Shown here in pieces: positions 17,343-31,077 of a DNA stretch of 64,000 nucleotides. The stretch is from Eledone cirrhosa (Eukaryota). Positions within the stretch are counted from its first letter, which is position 1; every line of letters begins with the position of its first letter. The notes beneath the pieces are model-generated. The model was not told the origin of the DNA. It was given only the letters and a program-made list of their open reading frames with translations, and searched no databases. The position numbers and the translations under genes were made by a program. The stretch is from NCBI GenBank assembly GCA_964016885.1, contig CAXHJY010001140.1, positions 1 through 64,000 on the forward strand, written 5' to 3'.

Positions 17343-18399
17343 CGTCCAATTTTAATTACTGACCCACCAATTGAGTTCAAAATTGCCGGCAATGATCATC
17401 ATATATGCTTTGATTTGAACAGCATACATCTTTCTAGGGTAAACCTAATATAATGTCTTTATTAACCTGTTTCACATTTCCAATGGATCTGATTTCCGAG
17501 ATAAGTAATTTCCAAGTTTATAGTTCATCTATAAACATCGATACTATAAGTAATCTTTTATAAAGTCTATCAATATGAAGCACTCATTTTTAATATCTAT
17601 TGAAATATTGCAATAAAGTTTAATAGAGGCACAATCTACTGGCAATGCTGGTATTTTGGCCCCGAATAACACTTTGCAAATTCCTCATTGTAGTGTAATC
17701 TCAGTTCTCATTTATTTTAACAAATTTATGAATATCATGAATGTTGATGAGCCAGGCATGCGAGATTCAATCGAATCAGTTCTTCTAATCAATAATTTTC
17801 TCATCACCCACGATCATGTTGTTAATAGGTGAATTGTTCCGGAATACTAGGAAAATAGATAAACACTGGATATCGCTCTAATTTACGATTTGCACGATGA
17901 GCATGTACAATAAATATTAAAAGCCTGATTTGAAGACAACGGTGTTTCTTCGCTGATTGCATTTTACATGATTAATTTCGATTAGGCATGTTTTACGATT
18001 TTCACATATAGTTCTTGTTGCTATTTTCTATTACAAACATCAATGCTTTAAACTGTTAGATGCGTGTTGCATAGGTTCTGCATTTCACACTTTAATTATC
18101 AGCTCAGATGTAACATGAGATTTAGTGACGTTGCTCCTCTTGCAACAAAGCCGGAACCCTTTCAAAAACGGTTCCCCAGTGTTCCCTTCATATTTGTAGA
18201 AAGGGAGAAGAAGATAGGATAAATTTGAGTAATGCAAATGTGAGTTATTAAAGACTACCTGAGTAACCCATCGTTACTGGGTAATAATCAAAATAGTATG
18301 CCTTTGTTTCAAATTTTTCTTTATTCCATGTCAGATCGTGTCCTCGCCGGAGGATAATCCCCAATATGAAGATGGATTTCTGTATTAATTGGATCACTT

Positions 18400-19080
18400 T
18401 ATAATGTTTGTATAAAGATTGTTTGTTGATGTTTTCCATGTCGTGCGTATATATAAATATATTTCTGCCTTCCTACTCTTGATCATCCAAAGTAAATCTG
18501 ATCATACGTGAAGTAGTGCTCTTCAACGTGTGAACTGGCAGCTGACAATCTTTGTCCTTGTCTGTTCGTGATGGTCACGGCAAACCTAAGTTTCACTGGA
18601 AATTGAAGTCATTTGAATTGAAATGGGATATCAGTGGGGATATAAGGAATTCTTGGAACAAACACATCCTTCCCCTATCACAGCATGGTGAAATGGTGGC
18701 TTGAATCACGTGTGGATGCATATGTTTAACAACTAATCGAGTTCCGTTGCATTGGTGGATTTCAAATTATTCAATAATATGATGGGTGCTCATTCTTTAA
18801 GGGGAAGGGCATGTGGAGACCTCCCTGGTGGTTCTAAAGAGTTTAGACAGTATTGACAGATCAATAGAGCATTGAAACATTTGGAATACCGTTTAACAGA
18901 TCTAGATTTACCGATTTCACACACACACATATTTCGGGGCCAGTATAGCCCTATCACTCAGCCACTTGTTACATGCCACCTGATATTCAAGATTAGTGAA
19001 TACTGTTTCTATAAGATGGAATAATGAATCCACCATTGTGCCTATTGTATTTATATCAATAGCTCCCTTTCTATATACAG
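18400..19080 (-). pseudogene. Helitron RepHel PIF1-like helicase C-terminal remnant
   Basis: Broken translation includes WLSDRAILAPK, NSLEPPGRSPH, CNGTRLVV, VFVPRIPYIPTDIPFQFK*LQFPVKLRFAVTI and *SRVG. Confidence 0.88.
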
Positions 19081-19319
19081 GAGGTCTTCCGTTCCAAAAC
19101 ATTAATAGATTAGGAATGAAATGCTCTGATTCTTCACCAATATATCCCCTCGTGTTTGAAGCTCGCTTCAAAACTTTAATAGAAGTCCAAAGTGTTGAGT
19201 TATTTTCAAACAAGCTCGGATTTGATTAATCCTATTGGATTTTGTAATGACGAGGAGAGGTTGTCTAAAATCTTCACCTCATCCACGCCCTTCCTCTCCT
19301 CCACATCCTCACCCTCCTA

Positions 19320-19349
19320 CTCCTCCTCCTCCTCCTCCTCCTCCTCATC

Positions 19350-19423
<74 letters not shown>
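19320..19423. repeat. (TCC)n then (CTA)n microsatellite
   Basis: Direct reading. Confidence 0.95.
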
Positions 19424-19424
<1 letters not shown>

Positions 19425-20124
19425 TAACGATTTCCACCACAATTATCTCTATTATCAACTATAAGTCGACAATTTCTTTCAATGTAGAATTTAATCAGGC
19501 CAGGTATATATATCGGCTACGTTATAAACATGCATATTTTAGTTACAAATATAGTCTACGTATCTGAATACTACACAGTGTGCATAAATACTTAACTATC
19601 GTGTATGTAGATATATTCAGCCTTGTAATGGATTGGACAGCCAATGAGGAATGAGGCCCTGTTGTACTGATTGCAGAGTTTCCATCATAATTTATATCAT
19701 GTTTTACTAGTTTATGTTCCCCAATATTCAAGGCAAAGTATTCGACTAATACAGGTCAACATCAGACCTATTGAGTGCAGTTTCATCCCAAGTATTTAAA
19801 GCACTTTTCTGGCTTTCAAACAGGTTTTACTTTCACAAGCGAAGAGCACGCCTCATTGACCATGATTGGGTATATGTTCCATATTCTACTTTATGTGCGG
19901 CTGGTATTCTCTACCTATCAATCTACAACTGATATATTGGCTCAGCAATTTGATGTTATCATAATGCTGAGTATTATAACTGAGTATTAAAGATAGTGCG
20001 TTTATTGAATCTGATCTGGTGTGTCGAATATTGTAGAACGAATAATCTTCTTATTTTCAATTCTTTCGTCTTGGACACGATATTCGTGAGATTTCTGCGG
20101 ATGCAGGGTACACTATCGCGCCTA

Positions 20125-20400
20125 GCATCATCTCCAGTCAGAAGCAACTGCATCCAAATAATCCGAATGACTCTCGATGTGAAACCAACCAAGATTATCC
20201 GCATTACCGAACCATCCTGCTCGTAGTCTACTTCTGGGTTTCTTGCCGGTTCGATTCGCTTGTTCAGGGATTCGTTCCGTAGACATTCTGAAAATATATC
20301 TCTAGTACCGAAGCTGTAATTCCTCAATGCTGAGAGGTGGTGGTTTTGGCTGAAGATATGGACCTTTCCTCTTATTTTGTTAAGATTTGACAGCTTTATC
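20125..20400 (-). pseudogene. Old RTE-clade LINE C-terminal remnant
   Basis: IEELQLRY*RYIFRMSTERIPEQANRTGKKPRSRLRAGW...LDAVASDWR resembles the RTE motif QLRWxGHxxRMxxxRxP...GKRPRGRPRxRW. Confidence 0.55.
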
Positions 20401-20734
20401 ATTCGATTTCTGAATTTACTTGCAGAAAGGATGTGCAGTGTTTATGATTATAATGAATTGTTACGTTTACATTTTATAGCTTCTTTTAAGATTCTCTACC
20501 TTATCCTTCAAGTGAAAGTCTATAAATACGATTACGTACTTATCAAATAATTCATTTTCCTTACTTTCATCAAGTGTAATCTACTACAGAAATTAAAATG
20601 ATTTAACTAATCAATAGGCCAGTACCGGTACTTAGTCCGTTTTTTTTTTCGTTTTTTTTCGGCTTTAAGATATTGATAGTATAAGATTCAACCCTGGGCC
20701 GTTCACCGATATATCAGAAAATGTACCCGGCTAC

Positions 20735-20871
20735 TGCTAGTAATCATTTTCAGCTGAGTGAAATGGAGGAACGTGAAATGATTTGTTTTGACAAAGAGTT
20801 CACCGCAAGGCACAAATCTATAAATTATGATCTGGGGACCCACAACCAAACCACTAGCCAGTGCGCCTCCG
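20735..20871 (-). mobile_element. Degenerate CORE-type tRNA SINE
   Basis: cagctgagtgaaatggaggaacgtgaaatgatttgttttgacaaagag is a reversed CORE-like segment; the head reads ggaggcgcactggctagtgg (A box). Confidence 0.55.
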
Positions 20872-21956
20872 TGTTCAGGTAAAACTCTACAAAATACGAT
20901 TTTTTCCTAATAAATATTTAGGAATTTTCTCAGGTATAGTTCCCTGTAGAAATTAGAGAAAGAATAATACACTTCATATTATTTTGTTAATTATCTATAA
21001 TCACCCGATGTGGGTTGTATAGCATAGATAGAGAAGTATGTGTAGGTGGTTGGAGTGGATAGGTATGACGTAGAATATCATACAGGCGTTGTTTCTATTA
21101 AGGTGTCTCTTTTCACTCCAAACTCATTGCAATTATCTTTATCATAAACACATAAAATCACAGAGCACCACTTAATGTTCCTCGGTGTCTCTAATGATCT
21201 AATTATTAATGGCAAATTGGATAAACGCAATCGATTCTAATCGAGCTTTTATGGTTTGTTTTAATTAAATAATATATGTAAAGTATTTACTGGAATATAA
21301 AACAGCAGCGTAACAAAGGAATTATTGTAAATTGAGAATATTTTGAAGAAAAATAAATTATAATCGATACATTAAAATACATATGAAATCACAGTATTAT
21401 TTATATCAGTTTCCTTTAGTAATAATCTATATATTCTCTGGTCATTATTTATTTGAAATTGTTTTCATTTGAATAAAGTATTTTTTATACGCAACTTCAC
21501 TGAATTTGTGACCTCATTAATTGCTCAGCAAAGGTTAACACAGGAATACACACTTCTGTACCACTCTATTAACAGATGTATTTGCTGCTATGAATTCCTT
21601 CATATTATTTAATAGCTTCAAAACAACAACGAATACGACAGATTCTTGAACACGGTAATTAAATGAGAATGTTTCATCCGAGCAGCAATATATATATAAA
21701 CAAAATTTAAAGAATGAAAAATACAACTAAACAATAATATACAATTATATCAAAGGGATAACGCGTGTCAATGGTATGTCAAGTGGGTAGGTCTATAAGA
21801 GAAAAATATAATTATCTCAGATTTGAGTTAATGAAGTATAGCACTGCTAGCTATGTGCTACATGTGTGCAGTTACTAAATACGGATATATTTATTTATTT
21901 GTTTAATCTCGCTCCCTCCCTCTCTCTCTCTCTTCTCTCCCTCTCTCTCTCTCTCT

Positions 21957-21983
<27 letters not shown>

Positions 21984-21991
<8 letters not shown>

Positions 21992-23233
21992 ATAAAAGAG
22001 AAAACACAGGTAAGCATTAAGAGAAGGATTTTATCCAGGTATTTACGACCGTTTCATTGGTAAGTACAACCTTATATTGCTATACTGCAAAGAGCAGCCT
22101 CTCAATTATAATTGTTGTTCACAGTCCAAATTTTCAAAATAGTAAGTTACTCTTGAAATAATTCTTAATATATAGAGAACAACATTTATTTGGAATTGTA
22201 TTTACTAGTATAGAGAGAGAGGAATCAGGAGGTGAGGGGACAGACGGCATAGTATAGAGAGAGAGGAAGGGGGAAGAGGTAGGAAGTAGAATGACAAACT
22301 GAGATGGAGGGAGGTGTAGAGGTGGAAGGATTATTTGGTCAGTTTTGATAGCAGACTTCATGTCGTGGAGTGTAGTGAGTTAAAGAGAATTAAATTGATC
22401 ATAGTGGGAGGGATGGATAGAGAGGGGGAGAGAGGGGGGGGGGAGATATAAAGAGATAAATATATATATATATATAAAAATAAAGATAAAGATAATAATG
22501 ACAAAAATAAAAGCAAAGAAGGGGTGAGAAAGAAGAAAAGAAAAGATAGCCAATAATGCCAAAGTTGCCCCTGACAAGAACTGTAACTGTCCCCTACCTG
22601 AAACCTGTTCATTACAAAATGAATGTATGCAGTCTAGCCTGGTTTACCAATGCACAGTGGAATCAGACAACCAGAAATCGTATTACATCGGAGCGACTTG
22701 GAATACATTTAAAGCCCGTTGGTATACACACCGTTAGGCAATGAAACATTCCCAGCACCGTTATGTAACTACCCTTGCAAACAAGACCTGGCAACTGAGG
22801 GAAAGTAACCATCAATACACCCTGAAGTGGAAAAAATTATTGAACGCGCCCCCATATCGGAGTGGTATGTGAAGCTGTCGATTATGTGACCTTGAGCTGT
22901 TCCACATCTTAAGTTCGAAGAATAGGTTACTCAACAATAAAATCGAGAGATCAATTTATTGTAACTATATCTCAAAGAGAAGTTTTCGCACTACAAATCG
23001 AACCCTTAACCTCTTAATACCAACTGACAAACTGCATATATTTAGACTTTATACCCTCTTATATCTAAACCCTTTAATTACCCACAAAACCAATACATAT
23101 ATCCCCCTCTTCTCCCTCATTCCACTTCTACTTCTTCGTTCTCTTCCTTCCTTCCCTCCCCTTCTTGGCTATCTTTTCTTTTCTTCTTTCTCACCCCTTC
23201 TTTGCTTTTATTTTTGTCATTATTATCTTTATG

Positions 23234-23274
<41 letters not shown>

Positions 23275-23868
23275 CTCTTTATATCTCACCCCCCTCTCTC
23301 TCCCCCTCTCTATCCATCCCTCCCACTATGATCAACTTAATTATCTTTAACTCACTACACTCCAAGACAAGAAGTCTGCTAAAAAACTGACCAAATAATC
23401 CTTCCACCTCTACCCCTCCCTCCATCTCAGTTTGTCATTCTACTTCCTACCTCTTCCCCCTTCATCTCTCTCTATACTATGCCGGCTGTCCCCTCACCTC
23501 CTGATTCCTCTCTCTCTATACTAGTAAATACAATTCCAAATAAATGTTTTTCTCTATATATTAAGAATTATTTCAAGAGTAACTCACTATTTTCAAAAAT
23601 TTGGACTGTGAACAACAATTATAGCGGAGTGGCTGCTATTTGCAGTATAGCAATATAAGGTTGCACTTACCAATGAAACGGTCGTAAATACCTGGATAAA
23701 ATCCTTCTCTTAATGCTTACCTGTGTTTTCTCTGTTATACTTTATACTCCAAGATTGAACGGAATTCTTACAAACTTGTGGAGTTACCCCTAACCGTACG
23801 TTGAAACCATCCATGAAACTGGATTTCTTAACCAAAAACTGGATCACAATAAGCAATTGTTTGCTTCT

Positions 23869-23873
<5 letters not shown>
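21984..23873 (+). mobile_element. Penelope-like element remnant 1: inverted pLTRs (21984-22553 / 23165-23746) around a GIY-YIG fragment, with a ~127 bp tail, inserted in (TA)n
   Basis: About 570-bp arms are reverse complements. Relic hammerhead 3' half GAAA-cggtcg-TA-aatacc at 23675-23692. Confidence 0.92.
22558..22992 (+). pseudogene. PLE GIY-YIG endonuclease remnant (Naiad-like Cys pattern)
   Basis: KNCNCPLPETCSLQNEC..LVYQCTV..YYIGATWNTFKARWYTHR*..TTLANKTWQL..KW..SCRLCDLE..LLNNKIE..CNY; in-frame stops at 22735 and 22870. Confidence 0.9.
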
Positions 23874-23909
<36 letters not shown>

Positions 23910-24280
23910 TAAATTAGCGAGAATAGTTTTCAGCTCAGGAATTAACGAAAATCAACGTCCGATATGTGTGGCAAGCGCTCGATGAATCATATGAATCAGA
24001 GCTACAACATACGTTAAGGGCTAAACACACTGAGATGATGGTTAAACATATCATCCGCACAGCCAAAACAAAACGACCAAGTAATTCGGGTCACACAATA
24101 AAAATATATGTGTTGATACTTTCCCGGACCCTGGACTGATGGTAAAATCCAGTATTGGTTTCTGCGACTCCAAAATCAGGTACTGTCCGCCTACATAAAG
24201 AATGTTGGGCTTCTGGTGAGATGATGAACAAGGAAGTCGTGTTATCAACGGGTTTTGCTCCAAGATGCTATAGATAGTGT

Positions 24281-24433
24281 GGCTATTACTGACCCCTCGG
24301 GGTCTCATGGTCGGGTCGTTGGCGACTAAACTTGCAACCCCACCAAGGTTTCTTGGTGAGGAGGGTGACTTTGGACATCCTGCAGGACTAAAAACAAAAC
24401 CTGTCAAAGGGCAAAGGAGCTCTTAAAAGTCAA
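24281..24433 (+). mobile_element. Repeat fragment matching 26151-26280 (RTE 5'UTR-like or SINE-like)
   Basis: ctcatggtcgggtcgttggcgactaaac...taaaagtcaa is nearly identical at 24304, 26151 and 28949. Confidence 0.75.
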
Positions 24434-24444
24434 TAAATATATAT

Positions 24445-24700
24445 ATATTTATTTATTTATTAAAATAACAGATTAAAGTTTAAGTAAAGAATCGTTGCTT
24501 TCACCCTTAACGGGACCTTCTGAATTTAAAAAAATCATTCTGTGAACGCAGAAGTAAATATTTCGAAAAAGGTTGCAACCGAAGGAAAACAGTAAGACGA
24601 TACTTTGGTTCGTGAAGACGTTCCTTGGCAATGAACGGGAAAAAGCGAAGATAGTATGTCGTTATGTAGATCGGTGAGAACAAATACACGCATCAAATAC
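24445..24700 (-). mobile_element. Repeat family F arm
   Basis: Reverse complement of cagaag.tcccgttaagggtgaaagca...ctgttattttaataaat, also at 42772-42832 and 51713-51780. Confidence 0.75.
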
Positions 24701-24753
24701 AAAGTGTCAATTAAGGATCAGAGAGATTTTCACTGCTACTTTTCACAACGCAT

Positions 24754-25194
24754 AATTATAACTGTAACTGTGTCTAACCAGGAATGTGTCCGTTGAACAA
24801 TCAGTGTCTTGAACGCAAAATCATATACAAATGTACTATCGAATCGGGTAGCCAGAAGTGGTACTATGTGGGGTCTACAGCTACCTCCTACAATTCTCGC
24901 CTTTATAGACATCGTTACTCGATAAAACATGAAAACCAGCATTATGTAACAACACTCGCAGACAAGGCTTGGCAGCTGCGCGAAAATAACCAACAATTTA
25001 ACCTAAAATGGGATATAATAGTGTCTGCCCCTGCATATTTCCAAGGACAGGAATTTTCTAAATTGTGTAATATGGATATATTTTGTATTATGAAATCCAA
25101 CATTATTTTATTAAATAACAGAATAGAGCGATCGTTATAGTGTAACCATTGCTTGAAATCTACATTTTCATTTTACAAACGCTACCAGGATTGA
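24754..25194 (+). pseudogene. PLE GIY-YIG endonuclease remnant 2, followed by 3'UTR/pLTR to about 25950
   Basis: NCNCV*PGMCPLNNQCLERKIIYKCTI..WYYVGSTATSYNSRLYRH..TTLADKAWQL..KW..KLCNMD..LLNNRIERSL*CNH. Relic hammerhead cagaaga...GAAA-catatg-TC-aatacc at 25681-25794. Confidence 0.9.
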
Positions 25195-25213
25195 ACGCCT
25201 GTCTCCACCATCG

Positions 25214-25949
25214 TTTGATTGTCAAAATACATATTAACATTCTCTATTAGTCTTAATTCTATCAACACTTCTATTCTTTACCATTTAATATAAACTGCTA
25301 TAGATAATATGAGATTTCCTAATTCAATTCCCTAATGCATATACCAGCAGGCTACCAGTATTGTTGTTATACAGTAGCAGTGAAAATCTCTCTCTTCCTT
25401 ACTTGACACTTTACATCTGGGTTAATACTACTACACCAAATGACCAGCCCTGTCCATTGTTCAATTGGTCAAATATAGATTAAAATAGGCACTCCCAAAA
25501 ATTCTTATTTAGATAAAATAAGCCATATACTCATTGTATTCTCATTAAAAACCTTATATATACTTGTTTACAAGCAAATTGATTGCTATCTGTCATATAA
25601 TATCCCTTCTCTTCTTCCTTTCTTACAACTAATATAAATACTTTGAATTTTCGGATTTTTTTCCAATGTATCCAATATCCCAGAAGAGTGACAACTGATT
25701 ATACATTTGCTATCGAATACTTACTAACATTATATGATTACGCAAGCAGCGATACATAGGTAGTCCCTCTGTTACAGAAACATATGTCAATACCTAATAA
25801 ATTCCTTTATAAAAGCACTTTCATTTTATATTCATCTTTTCTACATTTCTCCGGAATATAATTTATACTCGTTGAGCAAACCTACACGCACGCTGTTCAT
25901 CTCTAACGTGACGATATATTATCACTACATTATTGATAACTTGAAATTG

Positions 25950-25999
<50 letters not shown>

Positions 26000-26707
26000 A
26001 GTGTGAGTGTGTGTGTGTATGTGTGTATATATGTGGGTATATGTGTATTTGTGTGTGTATGTATGAGCATGCGTATATATATATATATATATGTATATGT
26101 GTGTTTGTGTGCATATGTGTGTATGTGTGTGTATATATGAATGTATGTGCCTCATGGTCGGGTCGTTGGCGACTAAACTGGCAACCCCACCAAGGTTTCT
26201 TGGTGAGGAGGGTGACTTTGGACATCCTGCAGGACTAAAAACAAAACCTGTCAAAGGGCAAAGGAGTTCTTAAAAGTCAATGTCCATCCAAAATCACCGC
26301 GAGAGATGAACCCTTAGCCTTTGTCAAGGCAGAATTCTAGGAGAAGGAAAACTCTGATATAACACCTGCAACCCTTATGGTATCCAATGATATTCACTTG
26401 TTCTGCTTTTTGGTAAATATCATCTTGGTTAAGAGAGTGGGACTGGCTTTGTGCAGTGCCTTTGCTCACTATAAAAGATTCACGGCACACGCATTGCTTT
26501 GTATCTGGAGATCTCTCTGCACTTGTCGTCACATGGTACCATGTGCCCAGCACTATGTGTCAATAATTGTCGCAAATGTAGTGTTTGTACCAGAGTTTTC
26601 AAGTCGCTGGCTGGACTAAAAAGTCACACTCGTTCAGCGCATCGGTAGGGGTTCTCCTACATGGATATAAAGTAGTGGCCGTACTCGAAAACGAGTTGGC
26701 AGCCACC

Positions 26708-26741
<34 letters not shown>

Positions 26742-26777
26742 GTATGTATATATATATACGTATACACATACATATAT

Positions 26778-26817
<40 letters not shown>

Positions 26818-28747
26818 GTATATATTGTTATATTTGGGGAGGGTCATATTTGCGTAATATTGCCAGAATTAATAACAGAACACACTCACTGTTTGGTTGG
26901 TTTTCGCTTCTCGCTGTCTTTTATATATATATATCTGCGATCTAACTTACTCGGTCCTCAATGTTGCCATTGACTGACCGGCGGTCAAAAATAATACAGA
27001 TACAATATAGACAAACACATATATATATAGTTTACATAATTTACATAAATCTTTCGTTGCACATCTGCAACATCGTCATATGTATATATATATGTATATA
27101 TATATGTATATATATATGTATATATGTATATATATATATATGTATATATGTGTGTGTATGTATATATATGTGTGTATATGTGTGTATGTGTGTATATATG
27201 TATATATATGTATATGTGTATATGTGCATGTGTATATATGTATGTATATATGTATGTATGTGTATATATATAAATATGTATGTGTATATATATATATATA
27301 AACACACATATGTATATATATATTTATGTGTGTGTATGTATGTATGTGTGTATGTGTATATGAGGGAGCTTATAGATAGGACAACACACGCTATCTTTTC
27401 GTGGGGTAAGTTTTTCGTGGGGTAATTTTTGTATTCTGAAACATCAAAATACAACAATGTGTTGGTCCCTGGACTCGGGAATGTCACGACAGAAGTTTGT
27501 GGAAGTTACACAAATATTTTAGTATATTTTAGCAGAGCAATCCTTATTTATATTTGATATTTTACATTTACTTACATCTCAATATAACATGGCTAAAATT
27601 CAAATTTTGCAAAGAGAAGAAAACGGTCAAGTGAACTAGATACATCGCACTGTCCCCCGCCACCACAATAACTTCTACACTCTCTCCCCACCATCACATG
27701 TCATTACCCTATCTAGACTAAAGTCATCGACATGTTGTCAAACTCTCTACTCTCTGTTGAATGTGTATATATATATATATATGTATGTATATGTGTGTAT
27801 ATACATCACTCAGTCAAACAACCAGGTTTCAACCCCAACATCTACAACAACAACACTGGCACTAATGTTTACAGCAACAACAGCTTCAGAATGAACTGAA
27901 ATGAACATTTACAACAACAACAGCGGCATCAAAATATTTAAAAAAAAACAAAAAAACCTCAAAATAACAAACACACACGCACGCACACAACACAACAACA
28001 ACATCAACTGCTTTGATTGTCAAAATACATATTAACATTCTCTATTAGTCTTAATTCTATCAACACTTCTATTCTTTACCATTTAATATAAACTGCTATA
28101 GATAATATGAGATTTCCTAATTCAATTCCCTAATGCATATACCAGCAGGCTACCAGTATTGTTGTTATACAGTAGCAGTGAAAATCTCTCTCTTCCTTAC
28201 TTGACACTTTACATCTGGGTTAATACTACTACACCAAATGACCAGCCCTGTCCATTGTTCAATTGGTCAAATATAGATTAAAATAGGCACTCCCAAAAAT
28301 TCTTATTTAGATAAAATAAGCCATATACTCATTGTATTCTCATTAAAAACCTTATATATACTTGTTTACAAGCAAATTGATTGCTATCTGTCATATAATA
28401 TCCCTTCTCTTCTTCCTTTCTTACAACTAATATAAATACTTTGAATTTTCGGATTTTTTTCCAATGTATCCAATATCCCAGAAGAGTGACAACTGATTAT
28501 ACATTTGCTATCGAATACTTACTAACATTATATGATTACGCAAGCAGCGATACATAGGTAGTCCCTCTGTTACAGAAACATATGTCAATACCTAATAAAT
28601 TCCTTTATAAAAGCACTTTCATTTTATATTCATCTTTTCTACATTTCTCCGGAATATAATTTATACTCGTTGAGCAAACCTACACGCACGCTGTTCATCT
28701 CTAACGTGACGATATATTATCACTACATTATTGATAACTTGAAATTG

Positions 28748-28797
<50 letters not shown>

Positions 28798-29505
28798 AGT
28801 GTGAGTGTGTGTGTGTATGTGTGTATATATGTGGGTATATGTGTATTTGTGTGTGTATGTATGAGCATGCGTATATATATATATATATATGTATATGTGT
28901 GTTTGTGTGCATATGTGTGTATGTGTGTGTATATATGAATGTATGTGCCTCATGGTCGGGTCGTTGGCGACTAAACTGGCAACCCCACCAAGGTTTCTTG
29001 GTGAGGAGGGTGACTTTGGACATCCTGCAGGACTAAAAACAAAACCTGTCAAAGGGCAAAGGAGTTCTTAAAAGTCAATGTCCATCCAAAATCACCGCGA
29101 GAGATGAACCCTTAGCCTTTGTCAAGGCAGAATTCTAGGAGAAGGAAAACTCTGATATAACACCTGCAACCCTTATGGTATCCAATGATATTCACTTGTT
29201 CTGCTTTTTGGTAAATATCATCTTGGTTAAGAGAGTGGGACTGGCTTTGTGCAGTGCCTTTGCTCACTATAAAAGATTCACGGCACACGCATTGCTTTGT
29301 ATCTGGAGATCTCTCTGCACTTGTCGTCACATGGTACCATGTGCCCAGCACTATGTGTCAATAATTGTCGCAAATGTAGTGTTTGTACCAGAGTTTTCAA
29401 GTCGCTGGCTGGACTAAAAAGTCACACTCGTTCAGCGCATCGGTAGGGGTTCTCCTACATGGATATAAAGTAGTGGCCGTACTCGAAAACGAGTTGGCAG
29501 CCACC

Positions 29506-29539
<34 letters not shown>

Positions 29540-29575
29540 GTATGTATATATATATACGTATACACATACATATAT

Positions 29576-29619
<44 letters not shown>

Positions 29620-30813
29620 GTATATATTGTTATATTTGGGGAGGGTCATATTTGCGTAATATTGCCAGAATTAATAACAGAACACACTCACTGTTTGGTT
29701 GGTTTTCGCTTCTCGCTGTCTTTTATATATATATATCTGCGATCTAACTTACTCGGTCCTCAATGTTGCCATTGACTGACCGGCGGTCAAAAATAATACA
29801 GATACAATATAGACAAACACATATATATATAGTTTACATAATTTACATAAATCTTTCGTTGCACATCTGCAACATCGTCATATGTATATATATATGTATA
29901 TATATATGTATATATATATGTATATATGTATATATATATATATGTATATATGTGTGTGTATGTATATATATGTGTGTATATGTGTGTATGTGTGTATATA
30001 TGTATATATATGTATATGTGTATATGTGCATGTGTATATATGTATGTATATATGTATGTATGTGTATATATATAAATATGTATGTGTATATATATATATA
30101 TAAACACACATATGTATATATATATTTATGTGTGTGTATGTATGTATGTGTGTATGTGTATATGAGGGAGCTTATAGATAGGACAACACACGCTATCTTT
30201 TCGTGGGGTAAGTTTTTCGTGGGGTAATTTTTGTATTCTGAAACATCAAAATACAACAATGTGTTGGTCCCTGGACTCGGGAATGTCACGACAGAAGTTT
30301 GTGGAAGTTACACAAATATTTTAGTATATTTTAGCAGAGCAATCCTTATTTATATTTGATATTTTACATTTACTTACATCTCAATATAACATGGCTAAAA
30401 TTCAAATTTTGCAAAGAGAAGAAAACGGTCAAGTGAACTAGATACATCGCACTGTCCCCCGCCACCACAATAACTTCTACACTCTCTCCCCACCATCACA
30501 TGTCATTACCCTATCTAGACTAAAGTCATCGACATGTTGTCAAACTCTCTACTCTCTGTTGAATGTGTATATATATATATATATGTATGTATATGTGTGT
30601 ATATACATCACTCAGTCAAACAACCAGGTTTCAACCCCAACATCTACAACAACAACACTGGCACTAATGTTTACAGCAACAACAGCTTCAGAATGAACTG
30701 AAATGAACATTTACAACAACAACAGCGGCATCAAAATATTTAAAAAAAAACAAAAAAACCTCAAAATAACAAACACACACGCACGCACACAACACAACAA
30801 CAACATCAACTGC
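25214..30813. repeat. Tandem duplication, units 25214-28011 and 28012-30813 (about 2.8 kb)
   Basis: Units look identical apart from 4 extra nt in one (TA)n tract; ORF-track offsets are 2798 then 2802. Confidence 0.97.
26151..26710 (+). mobile_element. RTE 5'UTR-like or SINE-like repeat (duplicated at 28949-29508, related to 31504-31790)
   Basis: ctaggagaaggaaaactctga motif typical of RTE 5' regions. gaacccttagcctttgtcaaggc and agagagtgggactggc are shared with 31567-31775. Confidence 0.55.
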
Positions 30814-30882
30814 CACCACCACCACTACTGCCGCCGCCATCACCATCACCAGCGACCAGGCCTTCAGAAAACAACTTTAATA

Positions 30883-31069
30883 ATAATTGTTTCTACTATT
30901 GGCACAAGGCCAGAAATTACCCAGTACATTACTGGTACTTTATTTTATCGACCCCGTAAGGATGAAAGGCAAAGTTAACCTCGGCGGGATTTGAACTCAG
31001 AATAGCAAGGGCCGTAACTCTATGCATCAAAGCATGGCGTCCGACCCTCTACCGATACTGCCAATCCAC
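30883..31069 (-). mobile_element. tRNA-derived SINE
   Basis: A box tggcagtatcgg and B box gagttcaaatcc on the minus strand; same family as 17162, 55835 and 57348. Confidence 0.9.
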
Positions 31070-31077
31070 AAAGTTTA

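Noticed and set aside
19974-20402. 142-aa minus-strand ORF as a host exon
   Set aside because: A neighbouring frame matches an RTE C-terminal motif with stops, and this frame has no recognisable domain.
22870-22872. In-frame TGA codons in GIY-YIG remnants (also about 60998) as selenocysteine, since some Naiad PLEs are reported to encode Sec
   Set aside because: They do not fall at conserved Cys positions (probably Arg or Trp codons), TAG/TAA stops occur in the same frames, and I saw no convincing SECIS.
21984-23746. Long inverted repeats as TIRs of a cut-and-paste DNA transposon with TA TSD (also 43477-45827)
   Set aside because: The arms are asymmetric with one-sided tails and variable inner ends, enclose GIY-YIG rather than a DDE transposase, and contain hammerhead motifs.
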